Source: a virus (lineage: Duplodnaviria > Caudoviricetes). Taken from it: a stretch of 24,953 nt of DNA. The DNA is taken from the IMG/VR virus record IMGVR_UViG_3300025015_000106, positions 1 through 24,953 of that record; one strand, given 5' to 3'. Within the stretch, counting starts at the first letter, position 1. Each line of letters opens with the position of its first letter. A program made the translations under genes and the position numbers. The notes below the pieces were generated by a model. It did no database searches. It saw nothing but the letters and a program-made list of their open reading frames with translations, and was not told where the DNA came from. Shown piece by piece: positions 1 to 8,416 of this stretch.

Positions 1-818
1 ACTTTTAAAAGATTTTTACAAATGTACTGTCTTACATTATTTGATTTGCCGTATAATTGATTGTAACTAATCCCAATTCCTTCATCATCATTGTATAACA
101 TGCACAATGGAACATTAACACCACTTTTAATAAGTTCCGAAGAAATTACTAAAAATGAACCGTCAATTTTTGTATATGGAATCATTATAAATTCGAAGTC
201 GGTAATCTTCGAATTTATCTTATTCATTTCTTCAATTGATAATTGTGACTTCGCCTGATTTTTATTCAAATGACTATCTGGTCCGTCTGTAAATGCCAAC
301 TTTTCATAGTCAACATGAACAGTCGGGTTCCAGGATTCGTCCCACATTTTTCTATCGGCAAATGACATTATATATCTATGTATATTTTGTTCGTCGGTAA
401 ATTGTGCAAGTGTTTCAATTGCTTGTAATCCTTCTTTAGGCATAAAACTATCAGTTTCGCCCTGAATAATATAATCAACAACTCCACAATATCGGTAATT
501 GACGTCTCTCCTATAATCAGTATGAAAATATAATGTAGGTGAATGAGGCAGAATATTAATTTGAATATTATTTGCAACCAATGAAATTCGACCAATTTGC
601 AACAAAAACTTCTCTTTAATACCATTCATAGAAATTAATTCCGTATTAACCATTTCTAAATGTTCAGAAAGATTCAACATAAAATCAAAATAAATGTTTT
701 CTGTATTTTTAATCATTTTAATCACATTTAGTAATCCAGATATATAGTCAGAAAACATTTCAATTTCATACCACATTACATGGACACCAATAACATACCT
801 TTTATTTAATTGTATCAT
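1..818 (-). CDS. Putative GT-A-fold glycosyltransferase-like protein, 3'-partial (runs off the window start; absent from the ORF track)
   Basis: Hand translation from ATG at 818: MIQLNKRYVIGVHVMWYEIEMFSDYISGLLN...YFHTDYRRDVNYRYCGVVDYIIQGETDSFMPKE...KIDGSFLVISSELIKSGVN..., open to position 1. The ATG overlaps the GIY-YIG stop (ATGA, 815-818). The GT call rests on the ETD DxD-like motif and gene context. Confidence 0.75.
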   Translation of the reverse strand, partial: MIQLNKRYVIGVHVMWYEIEMFSDYISGLLNVIKMIKNTENIYFDFMLNLSEHLEMVNTELISMNGIKEKFLLQIGRISLVANNIQINILPHSPTLYFHTDYRRDVNYRYCGVVDYIIQGETDSFMPKEGLQAIETLAQFTDEQNIHRYIMSFADRKMWDESWNPTVHVDYEKLAFTDGPDSHLNKNQAKSQLSIEEMNKINSKITDFEFIMIPYTKIDGSFLVISSELIKSGVNVPLCMLYNDDEGIGISYNQLYGKSNNVRQYICKNLLK

Positions 819-1723
819 AAGTTTGTTGTTATTAAATTAGAATAAGTTTTTCTTTTTAAGATGCTGCTAATTGTATATTGACTTATACCAGTTCGTTCAC
901 TAATTTGTTTTATGCTCATTGGTAAATTTTTACTATTTAACGTACTTCTTAATTGTATTACTTCATTTACTTGCTTTGATGTGATATTTTTTCTGCTAGC
1001 CAATGACATTTTCTTTCTACTTTCAATCGATTTAGTCTTACCTTTATTAATACTAACAAATAAAGGCAATAGCCTCCGTTTATCGTTAATTGCTAAATTT
1101 ACCTGCTTGCCTGTACTGATTTCAATATACGGTACCTTAATATTTGTTTGCTTAATTCCAGTTTTTACACCGACATAATTACCACTTAACCACTCCTTGC
1201 TACCACTATGTAATCGAATCACATCACCTGTTATTTTATGTTTGCACATAATATACCCTTTCATTTTTTTCAATGTTGTGCGTGAGTGGATACTACCATA
1301 CCGCACTCCAACTAATTCTCCATTTACATATCTAGGGTCATTTGCATTAATTTGAAACGTATTTCCATTGGCGTCCTTAACTGCAATTTTATTTTTTAGT
1401 TTTTCTATTATTTTTTGTTTGTTTGGATTATTTGAGTACGTATCTCCACCAGTTCCACCCTTACTTATATTATAACCAATGCTATGGTCAGTTGAATTTA
1501 ATTTTTTAATCCAAAAAATCTCTCGAATATTTAATTTTTTATTTGTTGAACATTCTTCAAGAATTTCACGTGTAAAGTTAGATAATCCATATTTATCAAT
1601 TGCCCATGATATAATCTTACCTGAACCAAAATAGTTATATTCGGTTGGTTTGGTTGTTTTTCCTACATAAATTTTACCGTTTATCAGATTTGTTGTTTTG
1701 TAAATTACTCCATAAATTTTCAT
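815..1723 (-). CDS. GIY-YIG homing endonuclease with C-terminal repeats and an HTH
   Basis: GVIYKTTNLINGKIYVGKT...YFGSG...REIFWI...GYNISKGGTGGDT; repeated units ending GELVGV/GNYVGV; C-terminal SIKQISERTGISQYTISSIL. Start moved to 1723 because AAGGAGGA lies just upstream (1728-1735). Confidence 0.92.
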   Translation of the reverse strand: MKIYGVIYKTTNLINGKIYVGKTTKPTEYNYFGSGKIISWAIDKYGLSNFTREILEECSTNKKLNIREIFWIKKLNSTDHSIGYNISKGGTGGDTYSNNPNKQKIIEKLKNKIAVKDANGNTFQINANDPRYVNGELVGVRYGSIHSRTTLKKMKGYIMCKHKITGDVIRLHSGSKEWLSGNYVGVKTGIKQTNIKVPYIEISTGKQVNLAINDKRRLLPLFVSINKGKTKSIESRKKMSLASRKNITSKQVNEVIQLRSTLNSKNLPMSIKQISERTGISQYTISSILKRKTYSNLITTNL

Positions 1724-1859
1724 TTTTTCCTCCTTTAATATGATTAATAAGAACAAAACTAACCCAATCGTTCATTTTAATGAAGTTTTTATCACAATAT
1801 TCCTTTAATAATGAATGTGCCTCAATAGTAATTTTTAAACTTTTGTAATTGTTTGCCAT
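1674..1859 (-). CDS. Small ribbon-helix-helix-like DNA-binding protein (61 aa)
   Basis: YKSLKITIEAHSLLKEYCDKNFIKMNDWVSFVLINHI fits a strand-helix-helix pattern; overlaps the nuclease start by 50 nt. Confidence 0.6.
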   Translation of the reverse strand: MANNYKSLKITIEAHSLLKEYCDKNFIKMNDWVSFVLINHIKGGKNENLWSNLQNNKSDKR

Positions 1860-1863
1860 ATTA

Positions 1864-1907
1864 ATAAATATAAGAAAAATAAAAAAAAATACTAAAATAT
1901 ACTAAAA
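1864..1907 (-). promoter_or_regulatory. Putative promoter motif TATATTTAT plus a 10-bp-period direct repeat
   Basis: Motif at 1864-1872, 4 nt upstream of the ATG at 1859. ATACTAAAA on the + strand at 1889-1897 and 1899-1907. Confidence 0.45.
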
Positions 1908-2240
1908 ATTATGATAAAATTGTTGAATCACGTCTGTAATCGGTATGAAAAAACATTTCTCCGTTACTGAAATTCCAGAAAATGGGCTGCTGGCAACTTT
2001 GCTTAAACGGCCCATCTCGGCAAGAAATTTATTTACAATATCATCTTTTAAAATTTTGGAGGTATCTATTTGTTCTAGGTGTTCGTTAGTATTTAGATAA
2101 AAATCGAACATAACATTTTCTTTATTATCGATAGTTTCTAACATATTTATTAATCCGTTAATATAATCGGTAAACATTTCAATTTCATAGAACATAACAT
2201 GGGTGCCAATGCAATATTTTTTATTTAATGTCGGTTTCAT
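1902..2240 (-). pseudogene. Truncated, frameshifted 5' stump of the <1..818 gene
   Basis: 45/79 aa identical by hand alignment to the N-terminus of <1..818. After a frameshift, another frame encodes MFFHTDYRRD (FHTDYRRD at 1927-1950), matching YFHTDYRRD, and homology then ends. Confidence 0.88.
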
Positions 2241-2246
2241 ATATTT

Positions 2247-2996
2247 CTATTTTTTATATCGAAAAATGTAATAATCTACATCAGGGTTATGCCCTTCATT
2301 TATTGTAGTAAAAGATTCTTTAATAATTTTTTTGTCTAACAAACCAATTTTTCCTAAATGCCACACCGATAAAAAATGATGTGAAATTAATTTCCACGAT
2401 GGACATTCGTTAGGTCGAGTATATTCATTTAGATGTAAATATAAGCAAGAAAATTTTCGCATATTTTCCATATTAGAAGCAAATATATGGTCAATTATTT
2501 CTATGTTATTTGGCCAATTGTAGCCTGGTATATTTTGTGGGTTGCTTATATGAAATTGTTCTTGGTTAAATAATGATAAATCAATATTCCGCTGATAGCA
2601 TAAATCTAATCTAGCAGAAATGATTAAATCATATTTTGTATCGGTTGCACAGGAATATTCGTGACACATCTGAAATACATTTAAAAATCCATACCATCTA
2701 GAATAATGACCTTGTATTCTAGGATTTGATTGTTCATGTCTAAAATGGTCTGGTAGGTTAAATGCTCTTTGTGGAACAACTTTTATTTGCTTTGGAGCAT
2801 AACATTTAGTATATGTTGCTTCAAGTTCTGGTTCCCATGAAAATATAAAATAATCTATATCAGCATTTTTTAGATGTGAGTGTGTCGATGAAGCATGTTT
2901 TATTATTTGAGATTTTACATTGGTGTTGTCTAAACAATTACTATTCCTACCAACCGTGCCTCCTATTAGACCATTCATTAGATATGCTATTTTCAT
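2247..2996 (-). CDS. Putative glycosyltransferase-like protein
   Basis: MKIAYLMNG...IDYFIFSW...YDLIISARLDL...IDHIFASN pattern, typical of phage glycan-locus proteins; context. Confidence 0.55.
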   Translation of the reverse strand: MKIAYLMNGLIGGTVGRNSNCLDNTNVKSQIIKHASSTHSHLKNADIDYFIFSWEPELEATYTKCYAPKQIKVVPQRAFNLPDHFRHEQSNPRIQGHYSRWYGFLNVFQMCHEYSCATDTKYDLIISARLDLCYQRNIDLSLFNQEQFHISNPQNIPGYNWPNNIEIIDHIFASNMENMRKFSCLYLHLNEYTRPNECPSWKLISHHFLSVWHLGKIGLLDKKIIKESFTTINEGHNPDVDYYIFRYKK

Positions 2997-3050
2997 ATGC
3001 AGTTTGTCTGTTTAAAATGTTTGTGAATTTGAAGTACCACACTACTTGAC

Positions 3051-3803
3051 CTAAACACTACTTTTTTCATATAAATATTTCCAAGTTTTTTCCATCCAAT
3101 ACGGAACTGATTTTTCTTTATTTGGTAATCCATTAAAGTGCATTATCCAACCAACTTTTGTATGTAACATATCATCTCCAAGTATTTCTTTCTTGGGCAT
3201 ACAAGTCATATTGAATTGGTATGGCAACATTGTCCTTTTAACTTTATGTCGATGCAACATAAAATTTAATATAGTTTGGTCCGACCCAATTCCGTATGTC
3301 TTTACAATATGTTTAATGAGTTCCGCATTATTAAAATACAAAGTTCTCATTTCTTTAAAAAATTCTTTGTGATTTCTATTGACAATCTGAAGCCCGGCGT
3401 TCCCATATTCCCAAAATCCAAACCATTCATTGTGAAATAGTTCTCGTCTGTAGTGTTCCATGCCACGTAAAATCCAATCATATGAACCATCGTCATGAAC
3501 CAATGTATATTCGTTATGTGTCAATTCAAATATATTTGGACAATCTGGGTGGACAAGTGTATCGGAATCAGCTATTAAAATTTGGTTATATTCGATATTG
3601 TTTGCTTCCAACAAATCAAATAAATAATATCTCTGCCAAATAACATTCATTACATCAACATCAACAATTGGTTCTTCTAGTAAAAATAATTCTGCCGAAT
3701 GTTTTTTACAGAAATGTTTCCATGAATTAATCGATAATTCATATTCAGGGTTTAATTTTCCGAACTTCGGAACAGCGACCATAAAAACTACGTTCGTCTT
3801 CAT
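3051..3803 (-). CDS. GT8/GT34-like GT-A glycosyltransferase
   Basis: ILIADSDTLV (DxD), GNAGL, SDQTILNF, IMHFNG. Start 3803 gives an ATGA overlap with the upstream stop. Confidence 0.78.
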   Translation of the reverse strand: MKTNVVFMVAVPKFGKLNPEYELSINSWKHFCKKHSAELFLLEEPIVDVDVMNVIWQRYYLFDLLEANNIEYNQILIADSDTLVHPDCPNIFELTHNEYTLVHDDGSYDWILRGMEHYRRELFHNEWFGFWEYGNAGLQIVNRNHKEFFKEMRTLYFNNAELIKHIVKTYGIGSDQTILNFMLHRHKVKRTMLPYQFNMTCMPKKEILGDDMLHTKVGWIMHFNGLPNKEKSVPYWMEKTWKYLYEKSSV

Positions 3804-4606
3804 ATGTATAAATGTTTGGTTATCTCCCAAGTTTGTTTCATAATATGTGACCGCTGGTCCTTTGGTATTCCGTTAAATATGCAGACATATCCGTACTTAA
3901 TAAAAAACGGAGTTCTATCTTCATAATTCGTACCATCAAGTTGCCAATTATAATGGAACATATCTTTTCTATGCATATGAGTCAGCTTAAAGGCAACAGG
4001 TAAAGTTTTATTTATATCAATTTTTTGTATCTGTAACCAATAATTAAATGGTGTTTGTTCCGTACCTTTATTTACAATTTTATCTTGTAACTCAACAAGC
4101 ACATCGACATTATCGTAATAAAGTTTTTTAAACGATTCAAAAAAAGATTTGTGGGTTTCATTAAAAATAATAAACCCTGAATTTACATAGTGTTCTTGAT
4201 TAAATTCAAAATCATTAAAAAACTTTTTGTATCCAATTATACTATCGTGTATCCATCGCATATTGTCTGTATCAACCCATGCGGTAAATTTATTTTCGGT
4301 TAAGTCAAAAAAGTTAGGACATTGTGGCATTGCATAACAGGTACTATCGACTAAACATACTTGGTTATAGTTGATATTTTTTCTTTTGAGTTCGTCAAAT
4401 ACAAAAATTGCTTTTTGCCAATTAACTCGAAATCTTTTCATATCAGCCTCAATTGGAGTATCAAATTCAACAAAATAACAGTTATATTTTTTGCAAAAAT
4501 ACTTCCACGTATTTTTTGAGTATTCAAAATAATCAAAGTTGCCATACTTTTCAGACAATTCTAGATTTTTAATTCCTACCCAATAAATAACATTCTTTTT
4601 ATCCAT
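3800..4606 (-). CDS. GT8/GT34-like GT-A glycosyltransferase, paralog of 3051..3803
   Basis: WQKAIFVFD, CLVDST, CPNFFDLT, VNSGF, TEQTPFNY, IFNGIP are colinear with the motifs of the neighbouring gene. Confidence 0.75.
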   Translation of the reverse strand: MDKKNVIYWVGIKNLELSEKYGNFDYFEYSKNTWKYFCKKYNCYFVEFDTPIEADMKRFRVNWQKAIFVFDELKRKNINYNQVCLVDSTCYAMPQCPNFFDLTENKFTAWVDTDNMRWIHDSIIGYKKFFNDFEFNQEHYVNSGFIIFNETHKSFFESFKKLYYDNVDVLVELQDKIVNKGTEQTPFNYWLQIQKIDINKTLPVAFKLTHMHRKDMFHYNWQLDGTNYEDRTPFFIKYGYVCIFNGIPKDQRSHIMKQTWEITKHLYI

Positions 4607-4663
4607 ATTTTATAATATACAAAAAAATAATTAAATTCTGTACTCATTTTTCTGATAATGTTC

Positions 4664-5521
4664 CTAAATGCATGATATCCAATTATTTTTTGTGTATCTT
4701 TTAGAGTCACTTGTATTTAGATACTGACTAACTCCTGTCATGCTATTTCGGTACAGACATATCCACATACCGACATTACCACTATTTAAAATAACGTGTG
4801 AACATTTACTAAAAATTTGTGTAGTAGCCAAAAACATTTGTGCGGTAGTTACTTTTTTTCCTTGTGGTACATAAAATTGTACCGATCGGGCATTACTTGG
4901 TACCGTACGCAGCTCTTCAAAAAATATAATATCTGGATATTTTTTATGCATATAAGTACAAAACTCAGTTTCGTCGCATCGTATTATAATAGCATGATTA
5001 GGGAATTGATTTTTTAATACTTGTATTTTTTCTTCTATATCTGTATAAGTAGGAATACCAGTTTCCGTCTTTTTATCGGTGCCGCGGTAGCATACCGCTA
5101 TTGTATTATTAACATCAATTTTATATTTTTGTATTAAATATTCCTCAAACTTTTTAACATCATCAGAAACAGAAAAATATTTTTTTATGAATTTTCCTAC
5201 ATCCAGAAAATTAATCATGGAATAATTGCTGAACTGATCCTCTACTACATCAGTACTGAATGTAACGGGTATAGTCGGTGGTTCTGCAATGTCAATAGTA
5301 TTAAAAAACATTTGTGATATATCTCCGGGTTGGTCTTTATACATCGACCATTGACGTGATGAATCGACGACTGGAAAGGTTAAATACTCATTATAGTAAT
5401 TAATAATTTTGCGCAATCTTATGGTGCAGCAACTAAAAAATCCAGAACTATGAGTAATAATTAATTTTTTATTAGCATCTACATATGCTCTATGTGGTTG
5501 ATCTACATTGTGTCTATTCAT
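4664..5521 (-). CDS. NodZ/GT23-like (fucosyltransferase-type) glycosyltransferase
   Basis: SGFFSC, IAVCYRGTDK, IRCDE, FSKCSHVILNSGNVGMWI correspond to the shared alpha-1,2/1,6/O-fucosyltransferase motifs I-III. Confidence 0.7.
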   Translation of the reverse strand: MNRHNVDQPHRAYVDANKKLIITHSSGFFSCCTIRLRKIINYYNEYLTFPVVDSSRQWSMYKDQPGDISQMFFNTIDIAEPPTIPVTFSTDVVEDQFSNYSMINFLDVGKFIKKYFSVSDDVKKFEEYLIQKYKIDVNNTIAVCYRGTDKKTETGIPTYTDIEEKIQVLKNQFPNHAIIIRCDETEFCTYMHKKYPDIIFFEELRTVPSNARSVQFYVPQGKKVTTAQMFLATTQIFSKCSHVILNSGNVGMWICLYRNSMTGVSQYLNTSDSKRYTKNNWISCI

Positions 5522-6104
5522 GAATTATTTTTATTTTTCCTCCAAAGTCCACAAGACCGGTTCCTGCAGGAGGATACATTTTATAATGTTGGCCTACTTC
5601 TGTTATATCATATTTAATATTTTCAGGTATTTTATTCCAAAAAGCAATCATTGCAGGAGTAAGGTGTATATCGTCATACACAATATACCCGTTATAATTA
5701 TTATCTCGCAAATAACAATATACTTCCCATTCAAACTCCCCAGTATGGGCAGTATCTAAAAAAATCCAATTGGCCCGCAGTAAAAATGTTTGTTCATTTA
5801 ATGTAAAAATATTTCCAATTACTCGAGTCACATTAGGAGGAAGTGTTGCTGTGAATACATCACGTATATCATATGTTCTAATGGAATTTGTAAGGTTATC
5901 AGATAATGCCACGCAACTGGTACCGGAGTGTGTTCCTAATTCTACAATAAATCCATTATGAGTTTGTTTAGATAAATACGCTAACAATTTATAGTGTTCG
6001 TTCCCAGCCGGGGCGTTTATTGCAATTTTATGACAAGGCCTAGATATAAATTTAATTAAATGTGATAAATCTTGTTTTTTTATTTCGGTGTAATTTATGT
6101 TCAT
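5514..6104 (-). CDS. Class I SAM-dependent methyltransferase (Methyltransf_24-like)
   Basis: IVELGTHSGTS, IFLDTAHTG, GYIVYDDI. Confidence 0.85.
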   Translation of the reverse strand: MNINYTEIKKQDLSHLIKFISRPCHKIAINAPAGNEHYKLLAYLSKQTHNGFIVELGTHSGTSCVALSDNLTNSIRTYDIRDVFTATLPPNVTRVIGNIFTLNEQTFLLRANWIFLDTAHTGEFEWEVYCYLRDNNYNGYIVYDDIHLTPAMIAFWNKIPENIKYDITEVGQHYKMYPPAGTGLVDFGGKIKIIHE

Positions 6105-6972
6105 GATTTAATTTATTGATGATAATAGGCAAAAAATAATCCTCTGCTAATATGTATTTTTGGGCAACTTTAAAATTCTCTTTTACATATGGTAATAATT
6201 CTTTATATTTTGATTCGCTTAATCCGTTTAATATTTCTCCTACTTCGTCAACCGTATTAAAAAGTATCATACCTCTTACATCAAAATATTTTCCAATACT
6301 TGGCATGCCATAATATATAGGTACTGTACCGGTCATTATTGGGTTGATTATTTTTTCAGTAAAATAAAAATTGCGTGATTCATTTTCCATGGCTATATGA
6401 AACATATACTCTTTCAGCCCTGTACTTATGGCGCTTATAGGGTTATATCCCATTCCCATTACATCAATTTGACTCCCAAATTTTTTAATAAGGTCGTGAC
6501 GAATTAGATGACCTAGAACTTTTTTTTTTCCTGATGTGATTATAGATACACACTTCGATTTTTTGTGTTCTGTTGTTCGGTTCTCTGATTCAATCCAACA
6601 ACCTCCGTACGGATAAAACACAAAATTTTCTCCGCGAGCTAATAGCGTTTCGTCAAAAGTCAATACGTAGTCATATAAACGATTATTTTTTGATATCCAA
6701 TTATAATTATGTGGCTGCTTACATGGAGGTTCAATGAGCCATGCAACCTTTCGTAAATGGCTTGGGTTTGGTGACTGGATAAAAAAATCTGTGTAAAATA
6801 CCAAATCTTCTGAATTAGATACATTCCAATCCCATTCAAACTCGTACTTTGATGTAGTCAGCGGAGGAGGAAATAAATGGCCGGCTGGTGTGTCTCGGTA
6901 CATTATGGTATTACCACTAACCTGGCAAGTAGTAAGACTCTTATCTAATAATTTTAGTTTTAATTTACTCAT
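6052..6972 (-). CDS. GT10 (alpha-1,3-fucosyltransferase-like) glycosyltransferase
   Basis: Signature YMFHIAMENESRNFYFTEKIINPIMTGTVPIYYG; also WLIEPP. Confidence 0.88.
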   Translation of the reverse strand: MSKLKLKLLDKSLTTCQVSGNTIMYRDTPAGHLFPPPLTTSKYEFEWDWNVSNSEDLVFYTDFFIQSPNPSHLRKVAWLIEPPCKQPHNYNWISKNNRLYDYVLTFDETLLARGENFVFYPYGGCWIESENRTTEHKKSKCVSIITSGKKKVLGHLIRHDLIKKFGSQIDVMGMGYNPISAISTGLKEYMFHIAMENESRNFYFTEKIINPIMTGTVPIYYGMPSIGKYFDVRGMILFNTVDEVGEILNGLSESKYKELLPYVKENFKVAQKYILAEDYFLPIIINKLNHEHKLHRNKKTRFITFN

Positions 6973-7648
6973 GCTTTGTGTTTCCTAAAATTTCGTTATA
7001 TGATTTTGATAAATTGAAATAATTTATGCTATATGTTAAATTACTATATCCAGCGCGCTGTTCTGTCAGACATGGATATACTCCAAATGTTTTGCCCCGG
7101 GATTGAACATGCTTTATTATAGACACATCAATATTAAGTCGATTATTATTTGTGTGAGTCCAATTATTCGGATTGTCCCAATCTACATGGTTAAATATAT
7201 CTAAAAAAATATCGTACGCAGACGAATTTATTATATAAGAGTGAGTTGTTTTACAATATGTTAATTTAGCTAAATTAGAATCAACTAAATAATTTTTAGA
7301 GGTGTCAGTACTGAGGTTGCCACCTAAATATAAAATATCATATTCAACATCATGGACCTTTAATTGTTCAACCGCTTTGTCTAAAACCTGAGAAAAATTA
7401 TCGCATGTAACAGTAAAATCGTCTTCTAGAATTAAAACATTATTAAACTTATTTTGTTTTGCCAATCGAATTACTTCATAATGGGAACGAGTACATCCTG
7501 CGATTCCAGGAGATAATGCGATTCCCGGAAATCTTTCGACTTCATTTTCTATCCCAAGTTTTTTAAATTCTTCTGAACAGTATGCCCAGCGATCAATTCT
7601 AGAATCTAGATTTATGCAATATATTTTATCAAAGTATTTTTTGTTCAT
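6965..7648 (-). CDS. GT25 glycosyltransferase
   Basis: IYCINLDSRIDRW, GCTRSHY, VLILEDD, ILYLG, THSYIIN. Start set at MNKKYFDK. Confidence 0.88.
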   Translation of the reverse strand: MNKKYFDKIYCINLDSRIDRWAYCSEEFKKLGIENEVERFPGIALSPGIAGCTRSHYEVIRLAKQNKFNNVLILEDDFTVTCDNFSQVLDKAVEQLKVHDVEYDILYLGGNLSTDTSKNYLVDSNLAKLTYCKTTHSYIINSSAYDIFLDIFNHVDWDNPNNWTHTNNNRLNIDVSIIKHVQSRGKTFGVYPCLTEQRAGYSNLTYSINYFNLSKSYNEILGNTKHE

Positions 7649-8096
7649 TACCAATATAATTGTGTATATTATCACTACATATTCCATAACAATTAGATAA
7701 TTCTAATTTAGAGTAATTAACTGTTTCTGGTAGTACCGCTATTGACATAGGTGTAAGTTGTTTACCTGGATAAGTCCATAAATATCCGTTTGATACTAAT
7801 GAAACATCGTCTTCTTGATGCCAAAAATATTTAACATCACTTTCCATGCTACTGATATATGATACCGCTTTGATATTTTTGCAGTGAATCCACAATTTAT
7901 CCTTTCTAGATATTAACCACATACCTGGTACTTTATATTGTGGGTTATCATGTCCTAAATAAAGAATGTTATCTTTAAACCAAACATCTACTTCTACATC
8001 AAACCCATTGTATATTGCTAAATCAATATATGTTGGTTTATTTTCCATGAATTTATTTCTACCAATTATGTTACCTCTATGTGATATGAGTTTCAT
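7629..8096 (-). CDS. Small GDPD/PLC-like phosphodiesterase-fold protein
   Basis: ISHRGN, VEVDVW, LGHD, WIHCKN, GICSD. Confidence 0.75.
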   Translation of the reverse strand: MKLISHRGNIIGRNKFMENKPTYIDLAIYNGFDVEVDVWFKDNILYLGHDNPQYKVPGMWLISRKDKLWIHCKNIKAVSYISSMESDVKYFWHQEDDVSLVSNGYLWTYPGKQLTPMSIAVLPETVNYSKLELSNCYGICSDNIHNYIGNEQKIL

Positions 8097-8416
8097 GATT
8101 TGTATGCCCGAATATAACTTATTAAATTGTTTCTTATACCTATAACATCAATTACTCGGAAGGTTTGGGTGTCTGCACTTAATACCATTTCACAAATAAT
8201 AGAGTTGGGTGTTTCGTGTATCTCATTAATTATGATAGATATAGTGTTAATATTATTGAATATCGATTTAAAAATTTTGAGAGTTGATTCTTTGTTCATT
8301 GCACTATTATCCCAATCATCTAAATGACAATCGTCGGTCAATATAGTCTGAATGGAATTTATGTCTTTGTTACAAAACAAACGCAAATATTCTAATACTA
8401 ATTCTTCATTTGTCAT
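8093..8416 (-). CDS. SnoaL/NTF2-like protein
   Basis: YLRLFCNKDINSIQTILTDDCHLDDWD...VIDVI...ISYIRAYK; ATGA coupling at both ends. Confidence 0.75.
   Translation of the reverse strand: MTNEELVLEYLRLFCNKDINSIQTILTDDCHLDDWDNSAMNKESTLKIFKSIFNNINTISIIINEIHETPNSIICEMVLSADTQTFRVIDVIGIRNNLISYIRAYKS

Larger units (their letters stand above)
504..1926 (-). mobile_element. Cassette A: small RHH-like ORF + GIY-YIG endonuclease + replacement 5' end of the target gene
   Basis: Lies between the last homologous codons of the stump (FHTDYRRD, 1927-1950) and the same motif in the intact gene (504-527). Boundaries are approximate. Confidence 0.75.

Noticed and set aside
368-625. 85-aa minus-strand ORF in the track
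   Set aside because: It is an alternative frame inside the longer <1..818 gene, which is supported by homology to 1902..2240.
4607-4663. Possible promoter (TTGTATATTAT) upstream of 4606
   Set aside because: AT-rich with only one weakly similar copy near 21450; not distinguishable from background.
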